DNA of 64,000 nucleotides from an uncultured Lachnospiraceae bacterium (GTDB lineage: Bacteria; Bacillota; Clostridia; Lachnospirales; Lachnospiraceae): the NCBI GenBank assembly GCA_949484645.1, contig CASYOT010000002.1:66912-130911 (forward strand), written 5' to 3'. The position numbers and the translations under genes were made by a program. The notes below the pieces were generated by a model. The model had not been told where the DNA came from. It was given only the letters and a program-made list of their open reading frames with translations, and searched no databases. Shown here one piece after another: positions 1-8,879 of the stretch; position 1 is the stretch's first letter, and every line of letters starts with the position of its first letter.

Positions 1-747
1 GCAGAAGAAGCGTTTGAACGGTATGGGAACGAGGTCTGCGCAATGATTGTGGAGCCGCTGCTTCAGGGCAGCGCGGGCATGAGGATTTACCCGCCTGTAT
101 ATTTAAAGAAATTAAGGGAGCTGTGCAATCAGTATCACACGCTTTTAATTGCAGATGAGATTGCGACCGGATTTGGAAGAACCGGAAAAATGTTTGCATT
201 TTCCCATGCGCAGGTCAGCCCTGACATTATGTGTATTTCGAAAGGGCTTACGGGCGGGTATCTGCCCATGGCGATAACGGTTACAACGGATAGGGTTTAT
301 CAGGCGTTTTACGCAGATTATAATGAAGGAAAGGCATTTTTGCACAGCCATACCTATAGTGGGAATCCGCTTGGGTGTTCTGCGGCTCTGGCGGTATTGG
401 ATATTTTCCGTACAGAGCCGGTTTTGGAACGCGCGGCAAAACGCGCGGCATACTTGGGGAAAAGGCTTTTGGAGGAGTTCGGCGAATCTGTGAATATCGG
501 GGAAATCCGCCACATCGGTTTGATTCATGCGATGGAGCTGACGCCAGACCGCAGGACGAAAGCGCAATATCCGGCAGAACTTAGGGCAGGGTATCAAGTG
601 TATCAAAAGGCATTAGAAAAGGGGCTGATTTTAAGGCCGCTTGGGAATGTGATTTATTTTAATCCGCCGCTTGTGATAAATGAAGATGAGATTGACAGGG
701 CGGTTCGGGTGTGTAAGGAATGTTTGGCGTTTTTGCATAGGTTTTAG
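1..747 (+). CDS. bioA: Adenosylmethionine-8-amino-7-oxononanoate aminotransferase (class III aminotransferase), C-terminal part; 5' end lies outside the window
   Basis: Open reading frame runs from base 1. It carries the motifs LLIADEIATGFGRTGKMFA, PDIMCISKGLTGGYLPMA and HSHTYSGNPLGC, which are typical of BioA and class III aminotransferases. Confidence 0.7.
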   Translation, partial: AEEAFERYGNEVCAMIVEPLLQGSAGMRIYPPVYLKKLRELCNQYHTLLIADEIATGFGRTGKMFAFSHAQVSPDIMCISKGLTGGYLPMAITVTTDRVYQAFYADYNEGKAFLHSHTYSGNPLGCSAALAVLDIFRTEPVLERAAKRAAYLGKRLLEEFGESVNIGEIRHIGLIHAMELTPDRRTKAQYPAELRAGYQVYQKALEKGLILRPLGNVIYFNPPLVINEDEIDRAVRVCKECLAFLHRF

Positions 748-830
748 GGAAAAGTTGAAATATTTACTGTAATCTTTGGATAAATCTGTTATAATGTGAG
801 TATCATTATTTACAGATTGGAGGACTTTAA

Positions 831-1754
831 ATGAACAAACCGGTATTGGTTGTGATGGCGGCTGGCATGGGCAGCCGTTATGGAGGATTAAAGCAGATGG
901 ACCCGATGGACGATGCGGGACATGTTATCTTGGATTTTTCGGTTTATGATGCGATGTTGGCGGGGTTTGAAAAAGTGATTTTCATTATTAAAAAGGAAAA
1001 TGAGGCTGTTTTCAAAGAGTGCGTCGGCGATCGCATTGCAAAGCGTATTCAGGTGGAGTATGCGTATCAGGAGCTTACAGCGCTTCCGGAAGGGTTTGAA
1101 CTGCCGGAGGGAAGGCAGAAGCCGTTTGGCACAGGACATGCGGTTTTATGTTGTAAAGATAAGGTTGACGGGCCGTTTGCCGTGATTAATGCAGATGATT
1201 TTTATGGGCGTCATGCGTTTGAAGTGATTTATAAATATTTAAGCGGGGAAAAAGACGGGGATAAATATCATTATGTAATGGTAGGCTACATCATGGAAAA
1301 TACGCTGACGGAAAACGGGCATGTGGCAAGAGGGGTTTGTAAAATTGATGACGATGGGCATCTTGTGGAAATCCATGAACGCACCCGTATAGAAAAAAGA
1401 GGCGCGCAAACGGCATATACGGAGGACGATGGCGCTTCTTGGGTGACGATTCCGGAAGGAAGCATTGTTTCTATGAATATGTGGGGCTTTGAAGCGAATT
1501 TGATGGACGAACTTAAGAAAGGGTTTCCGGCGTTCTTAGAGGAGAACCTTGCGAAAAACCCGCTGAAATGTGAATATTTCCTGCCGTCAGCCGTTCAGAA
1601 GCTTATGGAGGAAGATAAGGCGGAAGTTACGGTTTTGAAATCGGAAGACCGCTGGTATGGCGTGACTTATAAAGAGGATAAAGAGACAGTTATGCAGGCG
1701 ATAGCGGATTTTAAGGCGAATGGCGTTTATCCGAAATATTTATGGGAAGAATAG
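831..1754 (+). CDS. Sugar-phosphate nucleotidyltransferase (NTP_transferase family); candidate UDP-HexNAc pyrophosphorylase partner of NahK
   Basis: N-terminal VMAAGMGSRYGGLKQ glycine-rich nucleotide-binding loop. Length 307 aa. Start is 13 nt upstream of the NahK-like gene. Confidence 0.6.
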   Translation: MNKPVLVVMAAGMGSRYGGLKQMDPMDDAGHVILDFSVYDAMLAGFEKVIFIIKKENEAVFKECVGDRIAKRIQVEYAYQELTALPEGFELPEGRQKPFGTGHAVLCCKDKVDGPFAVINADDFYGRHAFEVIYKYLSGEKDGDKYHYVMVGYIMENTLTENGHVARGVCKIDDDGHLVEIHERTRIEKRGAQTAYTEDDGASWVTIPEGSIVSMNMWGFEANLMDELKKGFPAFLEENLAKNPLKCEYFLPSAVQKLMEEDKAEVTVLKSEDRWYGVTYKEDKETVMQAIADFKANGVYPKYLWEE

Positions 1755-1766
1755 GGGGAGAATGCA

Positions 1767-2840
1767 ATGGATAAGAAACAACTCGTAATGCAGTTTCAAG
1801 TGGAACAGGAAGTGGCATCAGTGGAGCCGTATGGGAGCGGCCATATTAACCATACATATTTGGCGCAGATGTCGGAAGGCAAAAAATATATTTTACAGGG
1901 GATTAATACGACGATATTTAAAGATACGGATCAACTAATGGAAAATATATTAAATGTGACTTCTTACCTGCGTAAAGAGATTGAACGGACGGGCGGCGAT
2001 CCCAAAAGGGAGACGCTCACAGTGGTTTTAACAAAGGACGGGAAATCTTATTTTACCGATGAAGACGGCGGCAAGTGGCGTGTGTATGAATTTATTGAAG
2101 GCGCGCAGACTTTTGATGCAGTTGAGAGCGACGAGGATTTTTATCAGAGCGCCGTTGCGTTTGGCAAGTTTCAGGCTATGCTTGCAAACTTTCCAGCGGA
2201 CACGCTGCATGAGACGATTCCGCAGTTCCATGATACGGCAAAGCGGTACCGCGATTTTGAGAAAGCGGTAGAAGCGGACGTGAAAGGGCGCGCCGCAAAG
2301 GTAGAAAAGGAAATCGCGTTTGTGCGCGAGCATAGCGGCGAGGTTTCCATGCTTCATGACATGCTTGCAAAAGGGGAGCTTCCGCTCCGCGTGACGCATA
2401 ACGATACGAAGTTAAATAATATTATGATAGATGCGGACAGCCATAAGGCGATTTGCGTTATTGATCTGGATACGGTTATGCCGGGGCTTTCGGCGCATGA
2501 TTTTGGCGATGCGATTCGGTTTGGCGCCAATACGGCGGCAGAAGATGAGCCGGACACTTCAAAAGTTTCCCTGTCTTTGAAATTGTTTGAGATTTATGTA
2601 AAAGGATTTCTGGAGGGATGCGGCGGCAGATTGACGGAAAATGAAATTAAAGCGCTTCCGATGGGGGCGAAGATGATGACGTTAGAGTGCGGTATGCGGT
2701 TCCTTGCGGATTATCTGGAAGGTGACGTTTATTTTAAGACCTCGCGTGAAGATCATAATCTTGACCGTTGCCGGACGCAGTTTGCGCTGGTCGCCGATAT
2801 GGAAAAGAAATGGCAGCGGATGTGTGAGCTTTGTAAATAG
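1767..2840 (+). CDS. nahK: N-acetylhexosamine 1-kinase (APH-family sugar anomeric kinase)
   Basis: Close match to the Bifidobacterium longum NahK sequence as I recall it: EPYGSGHINHTYL, QFHDT, PLRVTHNDTKLNNIMID, IDLDT, ECGMRFLADYLEGDVYF. Confidence 0.8.
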   Translation: MDKKQLVMQFQVEQEVASVEPYGSGHINHTYLAQMSEGKKYILQGINTTIFKDTDQLMENILNVTSYLRKEIERTGGDPKRETLTVVLTKDGKSYFTDEDGGKWRVYEFIEGAQTFDAVESDEDFYQSAVAFGKFQAMLANFPADTLHETIPQFHDTAKRYRDFEKAVEADVKGRAAKVEKEIAFVREHSGEVSMLHDMLAKGELPLRVTHNDTKLNNIMIDADSHKAICVIDLDTVMPGLSAHDFGDAIRFGANTAAEDEPDTSKVSLSLKLFEIYVKGFLEGCGGRLTENEIKALPMGAKMMTLECGMRFLADYLEGDVYFKTSREDHNLDRCRTQFALVADMEKKWQRMCELCK

Positions 2841-2872
2841 GAGAGACGACGGAAAAGAACGGGAGGGAGCAG

Positions 2873-3598
2873 ATGAGACTGCTGTTTATACGGCATGGAG
2901 AGCCGGATTATGAAAAGGATTCTCTGACAGAAAAGGGATTTCGGGAAGCGGAATATTTGGCAGAGTATCTTGCTGATGTAAAAATCGACGCATGTTATGT
3001 TTCGCCGCTTGGAAGGGCAAAAGATACGGCTGCCCCGACCCTTTTGAAAAAGCAGATGACGGGCGTGGAATGCCAGTGGCTGGAAGAATTTCCGGCCAAG
3101 GTAGTTCGTCCCGACAAAGGATTTCCGATAAATTGCTGGGATTTTCTGCCTCAGGACTGGACGGGGGTAAATGAGTATTATGACAAGAGCCTTTGGGCAA
3201 AAACGGAATTGATGGAAGAAGGAAATGTCGCCCAGATTTACCAGAATGTGACGCAGGAGTTTGACGGGCTGCTTGCAAAACATGGATATGCGCGGGAAGG
3301 CAATATCTATCGCGTTGAACGGGCAAACCGTGACACGATCGCGTTTTTCTGTCATTTCGCATTGGAATGTGTATTGTTAGGGCATTTAATTGGAGCTTCT
3401 CCTATGGTATTATGGCATGGATTCTGCGCCGCGCCTTCTTCTGTGACGACAGTGTTTACGGAAGAACGCAGGGAGGGCGTGGCTTCTTTCCGGATTAGCA
3501 GGTTTGGGGATATTTCGCATCTCTTTGTGAAAGGGGAAGAACCGTCATTTTATGCGAGGTATTGCGAGACGTTTGACAGTGATGAGAAGCGCGATTAA
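2873..3598 (+). CDS. Histidine phosphatase family protein (phosphoglycerate-mutase-like)
   Basis: N-terminal LLFIRHGEPDY catalytic RHG motif. Length 241 aa. Confidence 0.7.
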   Translation: MRLLFIRHGEPDYEKDSLTEKGFREAEYLAEYLADVKIDACYVSPLGRAKDTAAPTLLKKQMTGVECQWLEEFPAKVVRPDKGFPINCWDFLPQDWTGVNEYYDKSLWAKTELMEEGNVAQIYQNVTQEFDGLLAKHGYAREGNIYRVERANRDTIAFFCHFALECVLLGHLIGASPMVLWHGFCAAPSSVTTVFTEERREGVASFRISRFGDISHLFVKGEEPSFYARYCETFDSDEKRD

Positions 3599-3635
3599 GG
3601 CAGAGTTAAAAAACAGCTCGAAAGGAAGATGAGTC

Positions 3636-3998
3636 ATGGAAATAAGTTATTCCAAGCAGACAGAATGTCTCCTGAAAAAACAAAATGAAGCGAACAGGAA
3701 ACAGCTAATAAAAGGCATTCAGGAATTTCGCTGTTGCTGCATGAAAAAATTAAAGGAATAACTTGAAAACGAGCGGAATCTGAATGAAATCAGACAGGCA
3801 ATCTTTGATGTGATTGACGACATTTCACCGTCTAAAATGAAAGAATGTTATCAGTTCGTGGAACGGCAAATATCGGTTTCGTGGGAGGATCTGAAAGAGG
3901 AAGAAGCGGATTCAGAAGACATTCAGATGTTAGAAGCGATGAAAAACGATCCAGACTGCAATGTGTTTACAAAGGCTTATGAGATAAATTGGGAGTGA
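3636..3998 (+). pseudogene. Small conserved-looking ORF (~120 codons) interrupted by an in-frame TAA at 3759-3761; the N-terminal 41-aa part carries a CCC motif
   Basis: ATG at 3636 with an AGGAAG Shine-Dalgarno sequence. The same reading frame continues sensibly after the stop into the 62-aa ORF at 3810..3998. Confidence 0.3.
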
Positions 3999-4115
3999 GC
4001 CTTTGAGAGATTTCTAATAAAATTCAAACAGGCATAAAAAATCGAGGTATAAAATTCCTTCACTTACAGATACTACTACCACACAGTAGAAAATGTAAAT
4101 GGAGGAATTTTTCAT

Positions 4116-4664
4116 ATGAAAGCAACAGGAATTGTGCGTAGAATAGACGATTTGGGAAGGGTGGTTGTTCCAAAAGAAATCCGCAGGACATTGAGGATTC
4201 GAGAAGGGGATCCACTTGAAATTTTTACGGACAGGCAGGGGGAAATTATCTTAAAAAAATATTCACCGATTGGGGAGCTAGGACAGTTTGCAGGGCAGTA
4301 TGCGGAGAGCCTTTCCCAGACAACCGGAAATCTGGTCTGCATTACGGACAGGGACCATGTCGTCGCTGTAGCGGGCAATGGAAAAAAAGAATTTGACGGT
4401 AAACCGTTAAGCAAGCAGATGGAGGGCATTATTGAAAACCGGGCGGACTTTGTTGCAAATAAAGATGATGATTCGTTTGTAAAAATTACGTTAGACGACA
4501 CGGGGGAGCAGTGTTCTCAGGCAGTGGCGACAATAATCTGTCAGGGAGACGCGATTGGCGCAGTTGTCATTTCTGATAAGAACGAAAAACGGCAGATGGG
4601 AGATACGGAACATAAGCTGGCGATTACGGCAGCGGGCTTTTTGGGGAGACAGATGGAGCAGTAG
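4116..4664 (+). CDS. spoVT: Stage V sporulation protein T (AbrB-N + GAF domain regulator)
   Basis: Near-identical N-terminus to B. subtilis SpoVT (MKATGIVRRIDDLGRVVVPKEIRRTLRIREGDPLEIF). C-terminus ...TAAGFLGRQMEQ. Length 182 aa. Confidence 0.9.
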   Translation: MKATGIVRRIDDLGRVVVPKEIRRTLRIREGDPLEIFTDRQGEIILKKYSPIGELGQFAGQYAESLSQTTGNLVCITDRDHVVAVAGNGKKEFDGKPLSKQMEGIIENRADFVANKDDDSFVKITLDDTGEQCSQAVATIICQGDAIGAVVISDKNEKRQMGDTEHKLAITAAGFLGRQMEQ

Positions 4665-4667
4665 AAC

Positions 4668-4700
4668 CTTGAAAGTAAGGTTGCTTTATTTTGGCAAAAA
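4668..4700 (+). terminator. Candidate intrinsic terminator after spoVT
   Basis: Hairpin aaccttgaaagtaaggtt followed by gctttattttgg. Confidence 0.4.
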
Positions 4701-4743
4701 GGGTAGAATAATCAAAAATACAATGTGATAAAAAGGAAGCCAT

Positions 4744-6771
4744 ATGAGCCGTAAAAAGAAAAAGAAAAAATACCGTGTGTTTTGGTTTTTTGCAAAACTT
4801 CAGTTTGTTCTGATGCTTTTGGTAGCCGCCGCCCTAGGCTACTATTATTATGGAGGATATGCCGTACAGGTTCAGAAGATGAAAGCGGAAGCTGTGCGGT
4901 TTGTGCGCGGGTCGACAGAAGCCACGTTTTGCGTGGCTCAGACCAGCGTTGTGTATGACAAAGACGGAAATACGATTTCAACGTTAAAAGGGGAAAAAGA
5001 CGTTTACTATCTGCCATATGAGGATATTCCGTCTGATGCATGCGCCGCTATCGTAAGCATAGAAGATAAAAAATTTTATCAGCATAATGGAATTGATTAC
5101 CGGGCGATTTTCCGCGCGGCAAGAGCCGCGATTGAAAACGGAGAAGTGACACAGGGCGGGAGCACGATAACACAGCAGCTTGCAAGGACGATTTTTTTGA
5201 CACAGGATCGGACATGGCAGAGAAAAGTCGAGGAAATGTTTATTGCAACAGAGCTGGAAAAAAAGTACAGTAAAAATAAAATCCTAGAATTTTATCTGAA
5301 TAATATATATTTTGGCAATGGTTATTATGGGATTCAGGCGGCGAGCAGAGGATACTTTAATGCAGACGTGAATGACTTGGATTTGTCACAAATTGCGTTT
5401 TTATGCGCCATTCCCAATAATCCGACGCTTCATGACCCGCTGACGAATATGCAAAACACGTTAGGGCGCAGAGACCGCATTCTTTTAAATATGTATGAAG
5501 ACGGGAAAATTTCAAAAGGCGCGTACCTGATGGCAAAATCGGAGGAAATCACATTAAACCGGCCAGAGCATACAAAAAATAACTATGTGGAGACGTATAC
5601 ATATTATTGCGCAATACGTCTGTTAATGGAACGGGAAGGCTTTGTTTTTCAGACAGAATTTAAAAATGACGAAGAAAAAAGCCTGTATGATACGCGTTAT
5701 AGTGATTTGTATGCGGAATGCCAGAAAAAACTGTTTACAGCGGGCTACCGCATCTATACGTCAATGGATTTAAAATTACAGGAACTTCTTCAAAAGACAA
5801 TAGATGAAAAACTCTCCGGTTTTACAGACGTAAATGAAGAAGGCGTATTTAAACTACAAGGAGCAGGCGTCTGCATAGAGAATGAGACAGGATATGTCAG
5901 GGCAATCGTCGGGGGCAGAAGCCAAGACTTTGCGGGATATACGTTAAACCGGGCATATCAAAGCTATAGGCAGCCAGGAAGCGCAATTAAGCCGATACTA
6001 GTGTATACGCCGGCGTTGGAACAGGAATATACGCCGGATTCGATTGTAGTGGACGAACCGATTGAAGAAGGCCCGTCGAATGCAGACGGAAGTTATAGTG
6101 GAGAGATGACGCTGCGTTCTGCGCTGGCCCGTTCGAAAAACACGATTGCATGGAAACTATTAGAGGAGATAACGCCAAAAAAAGGACTCTCTTATTTAAA
6201 AGCAATGAAATTTTCGCGGATTGCAGACGAAGACGAGCGGCTTACGTCAGCTTTAGGAGGATTGACAAACGGAGTGTCCCCAGTCGAACTTACAGCGGCT
6301 TACGCAACGCTTGAAAACGACGGAAAATACCGCGCTCCAACCTGCATCATAAAAATTACAGATGCCGACGGCAACGAAATTCTCTCCACTTCACAAGAAG
6401 AAACAAACATCTATAAAACAACTGCCGCCCGCATGGCGACGAATATGCTTGTTACGGCAATAACGGAAGGAACCGGCAGAGGGCTTGGCGTAACGGGAAT
6501 GCCGTCCGCAGGAAAAACAGGGACGACGAATGACAATAAAGACGGTTGGTTTGCAGGGTATACGCGTTATTATACGACAAGTGTCTGGGTCGGCTACGAT
6601 ATGCCGGAAAAACTTCCCGGTTTATCTGGATCTTCCTATCCGGGGGAGATATGGCGCAGTTTCATGGAAACCTGCCATGCCGGACTGCCGGCGCTTGAGT
6701 TTTTGCCTTATGTAGATGTGGAAATGGATTTGTACCAGAAGATACGGCAGGATGCCCTAGGAGAACAATAA
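4744..6771 (+). CDS. Class A penicillin-binding protein (bifunctional transglycosylase/transpeptidase, PBP1A family)
   Basis: N-terminal transmembrane segment. GT51 motifs (EDKKFYQHNGID, RTIFL). Transpeptidase SAIKP/KTG motifs. Length 675 aa. Confidence 0.85.
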   Translation: MSRKKKKKKYRVFWFFAKLQFVLMLLVAAALGYYYYGGYAVQVQKMKAEAVRFVRGSTEATFCVAQTSVVYDKDGNTISTLKGEKDVYYLPYEDIPSDACAAIVSIEDKKFYQHNGIDYRAIFRAARAAIENGEVTQGGSTITQQLARTIFLTQDRTWQRKVEEMFIATELEKKYSKNKILEFYLNNIYFGNGYYGIQAASRGYFNADVNDLDLSQIAFLCAIPNNPTLHDPLTNMQNTLGRRDRILLNMYEDGKISKGAYLMAKSEEITLNRPEHTKNNYVETYTYYCAIRLLMEREGFVFQTEFKNDEEKSLYDTRYSDLYAECQKKLFTAGYRIYTSMDLKLQELLQKTIDEKLSGFTDVNEEGVFKLQGAGVCIENETGYVRAIVGGRSQDFAGYTLNRAYQSYRQPGSAIKPILVYTPALEQEYTPDSIVVDEPIEEGPSNADGSYSGEMTLRSALARSKNTIAWKLLEEITPKKGLSYLKAMKFSRIADEDERLTSALGGLTNGVSPVELTAAYATLENDGKYRAPTCIIKITDADGNEILSTSQEETNIYKTTAARMATNMLVTAITEGTGRGLGVTGMPSAGKTGTTNDNKDGWFAGYTRYYTTSVWVGYDMPEKLPGLSGSSYPGEIWRSFMETCHAGLPALEFLPYVDVEMDLYQKIRQDALGEQ

Positions 6772-6782
6772 ATCCGAACGCC

Positions 6783-7006
6783 AAACAGAGCGCCGGGTAT
6801 TCTGTCGGCGAAGTGTTCAGGGATTAAGGAGTTCTAAAGTATCCCATGTTTTATGCCGGTGACGGACGAAACCGCTCTAAAAGCGCCGTCCATGGCGCAT
6901 TAGAGCTTCCGCAGACATCGTGTCTGCGGATTTCTGTTTGTTGAAGGGATACTTAAGAACTCCTAAATCCCATCACAAGGCGCCAACAGAATACCCGGCG
7001 CTCTGT
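6783..7006. repeat. Large imperfect palindromic intergenic element, family copy 1
   Basis: Terminal inverted repeats aaacagagcgccgggtattctgt / acagaatacccggcgctctgtt. Inner inverted pair gggattaaggagttctaaagtatccc / gggatacttaagaactcctaaatccc. Core gccgtccatggc. Confidence 0.8.
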
Positions 7007-7465
7007 TCGTCTGGTAGTTGGGGGTGGAACGTATGAGAGAGTTGGAAGTTGAAGAAAGAAGAAAGTTACGCTTTCAAGTCCTAAAGTTCATTAAAGGCGC
7101 CAATAGGAAACCCGGCGCTCTGTTCGTTTGGTAGTTGGGGGTGGAACATATGAGAGAGTGGAAGTTGAAGAAAGAAGAAAGTTACGCTTTCAAGTCCTAA
7201 AATTCATTAAAGGCGCCAATAGGAAACCCTGCGTTTTGTTGGTCTGGTAGTTGGGTGTGGAACATATGAGAGAGTGGAAGTTGAAGAAAGAAAATATGTG
7301 CGCATTAAAGACCTAAATTCCATCAAAGGCGCCAATAGAAAACCCAGCTCTAAGTTGGTCTGGTAGTTGGAGGCTGGAACGTATGATAAGGCGCTGATAG
7401 AATCTACGGCGCTCAGTTTGTCTGGTAGTAGTTAGGGAGTGAAACGTATGAAAACGTGGCGATTT
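6979..7465. repeat. Tandem array of ~4.5 degenerating 116-117-bp units, derived from the right arm of palindromic element 1
   Basis: Units begin at 6979, 7096, 7212, 7328 (truncated) and 7390. Each starts ggcgccaa(c/t)ag...ggtggaacgtatgagagag...caagtcctaaa. Confidence 0.85.
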
Positions 7466-7585
7466 TTAAAGAGGTGAAAAGTTAAACAAAAATCCTAAAA
7501 ACCTACACATCTATATTTATGTAGATATACCAAAACAAAAAGAAACAAAGCCAAAACCCTATCGGGCAGCCAGTAACGTAGTCAG

Positions 7586-7806
7586 GGGGTGGCGCTTGGC
7601 GGGTGGCGTTATGATTGGATTTAGAACTTCTTAACAGTCACATTTCGATTCAGGAATCCGCGAACAGGACGTTCGCGGAAGCTCCATTCACGCCATGGAC
7701 GGCGTGTATGGAGCGGTTCCGTCCGTATTCAAGATAGCTGCGGGACTGTTTAGAAGTTCTTAATCCATGAATAAGTCACCCGCCAAGCGCCACCCCATGA
7801 CGGACA
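7586..7806. repeat. Large imperfect palindromic intergenic element, family copy 2
   Basis: Terminal inverted repeats ggggtggcgcttggcgggtg / cacccgccaagcgccacccc. Inner ggatttagaacttcttaacag / ctgtttagaagttcttaatcc. Core cacgccatggacggcgtg. Confidence 0.8.
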
Positions 7807-7824
7807 CATTTATTTAATTATGGA

Positions 7825-7853
7825 TTGACATTAACCCCCCACAATTTTATACT
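7825..7853 (+). promoter_or_regulatory. Sigma-A-type promoter for the glucokinase gene
   Basis: TTGACA-N17-TATACT, about 35 nt upstream of the ATG at 7888. Confidence 0.5.
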
Positions 7854-7887
7854 TAAAGTCAGAATAAAAGAAAAGGAGAAGGCATAT

Positions 7888-8826
7888 ATGAAAAAATATG
7901 GTTTTGGCGTAGACATTGGCGGGACGACCTGTAAGATTGGACTGTTCGAGACGACAGGGGGGCTTGTGGAAAAATGGGAAATTCCCACAAGAAAAGAAAA
8001 TAATGGAGAAAATATCCTTCCGGACGTTGCGGCGTTTATAACGGCGAAAATGGTGGAAAAGGATATTTTAAAAGGAGACATTCAGGGAATTGGAATTGGG
8101 GTTCCGGGGCCTGTGACTGGGGAAGGCGTTGTATTAAAATGCGTCAACTTGGGCTGGGATGTGATTAATGTTGCAAAGGATATGGAAGAACGGACGGGCT
8201 TTACCGTAAAAGTCGGCAATGACGCAAATGTGGCTGCGCTTGGCGAAATGTGGCAGGGCGGCGGCAAAGGATATACGAATGTTGTAATGATTACGCTTGG
8301 GACCGGAGTGGGCGGCGGCGTAATCGTTGATGGAAAAGTTGTCAGTGGAAATAAAGGAGCCGGCGGGGAAATCGGGCATATTATTGTCAATGAGAATGAG
8401 ACGGAATCTTGTGGATGTGGACAGAAAGGCTGTTTGGAGCAGTATGCATCCGCAACTGGGATTGTCCATATGGCAGAGCGTAAGTTAGAGGAATCGGAGA
8501 AGAAAAGCCAGCTTCGTGAGATTAAGCCGTTGACGGCAAAAGATATTTTTGACGCGGCAAAAGGGGGCGACGCCTTAGCCGATGAAATTGTGGAAGATAT
8601 GACTAAGATATTAGGCGGTGCGCTTGCAAATGTTGCCCGTGTCGTAAATCCTGAGACTTTTGTAATTGGCGGAGGCGTGTCGAAAGCAGGCAGCATTATT
8701 ACGGAGCGTGTCAAAAAATACTATGACGCCAAGTCGTTTAATGCGTGTCTGGACGCTCATTTTGACCTTGCAACTTTGGGAAATGATGCAGGAATTTACG
8801 GTTGTGTGCGTATGATTTTAGAATAA
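7888..8826 (+). CDS. glcK: ROK-family glucokinase
   Basis: MKKYGFGVDIGGTTCKIGLF ATP-binding N-terminus. ROK Cys/His zinc motif (HIIVNENETESCGCGQKGCLE). AAGGAGA Shine-Dalgarno sequence before the ATG at 7888. Confidence 0.85.
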   Translation: MKKYGFGVDIGGTTCKIGLFETTGGLVEKWEIPTRKENNGENILPDVAAFITAKMVEKDILKGDIQGIGIGVPGPVTGEGVVLKCVNLGWDVINVAKDMEERTGFTVKVGNDANVAALGEMWQGGGKGYTNVVMITLGTGVGGGVIVDGKVVSGNKGAGGEIGHIIVNENETESCGCGQKGCLEQYASATGIVHMAERKLEESEKKSQLREIKPLTAKDIFDAAKGGDALADEIVEDMTKILGGALANVARVVNPETFVIGGGVSKAGSIITERVKKYYDAKSFNACLDAHFDLATLGNDAGIYGCVRMILE

Positions 8827-8834
8827 AGACAGAT

Positions 8835-8879
8835 ACGACGTGAGCCAACGGCAGTTCGTTTGGCGCACGTCGTTTTTTT
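8835..8879. terminator. Intrinsic terminator between the convergent glcK and minus-strand gene
   Basis: Stem acgacgtg...cacgtcgt followed by T7. Confidence 0.7.

Noticed and set aside
7050-7160. Small ORFs inside each 117-bp tandem unit (ATG preceded by GGGGGTGG; e.g. MRELEVEERRKLRFQVLKF...)
   Set aside because: Single-base indels between copies shift the frame, and the peptide is not conserved copy to copy. The sequence is therefore more likely non-coding.
8082-8714. Long antisense ORFs inside glcK, fabK (25739..26236), the histidine phosphatase gene (2753..3355) and other genes
   Set aside because: They lie opposite strongly supported genes, lack ribosome-binding sites and have low-complexity Pro/Ser/Thr-rich translations. 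They are shadow ORFs.
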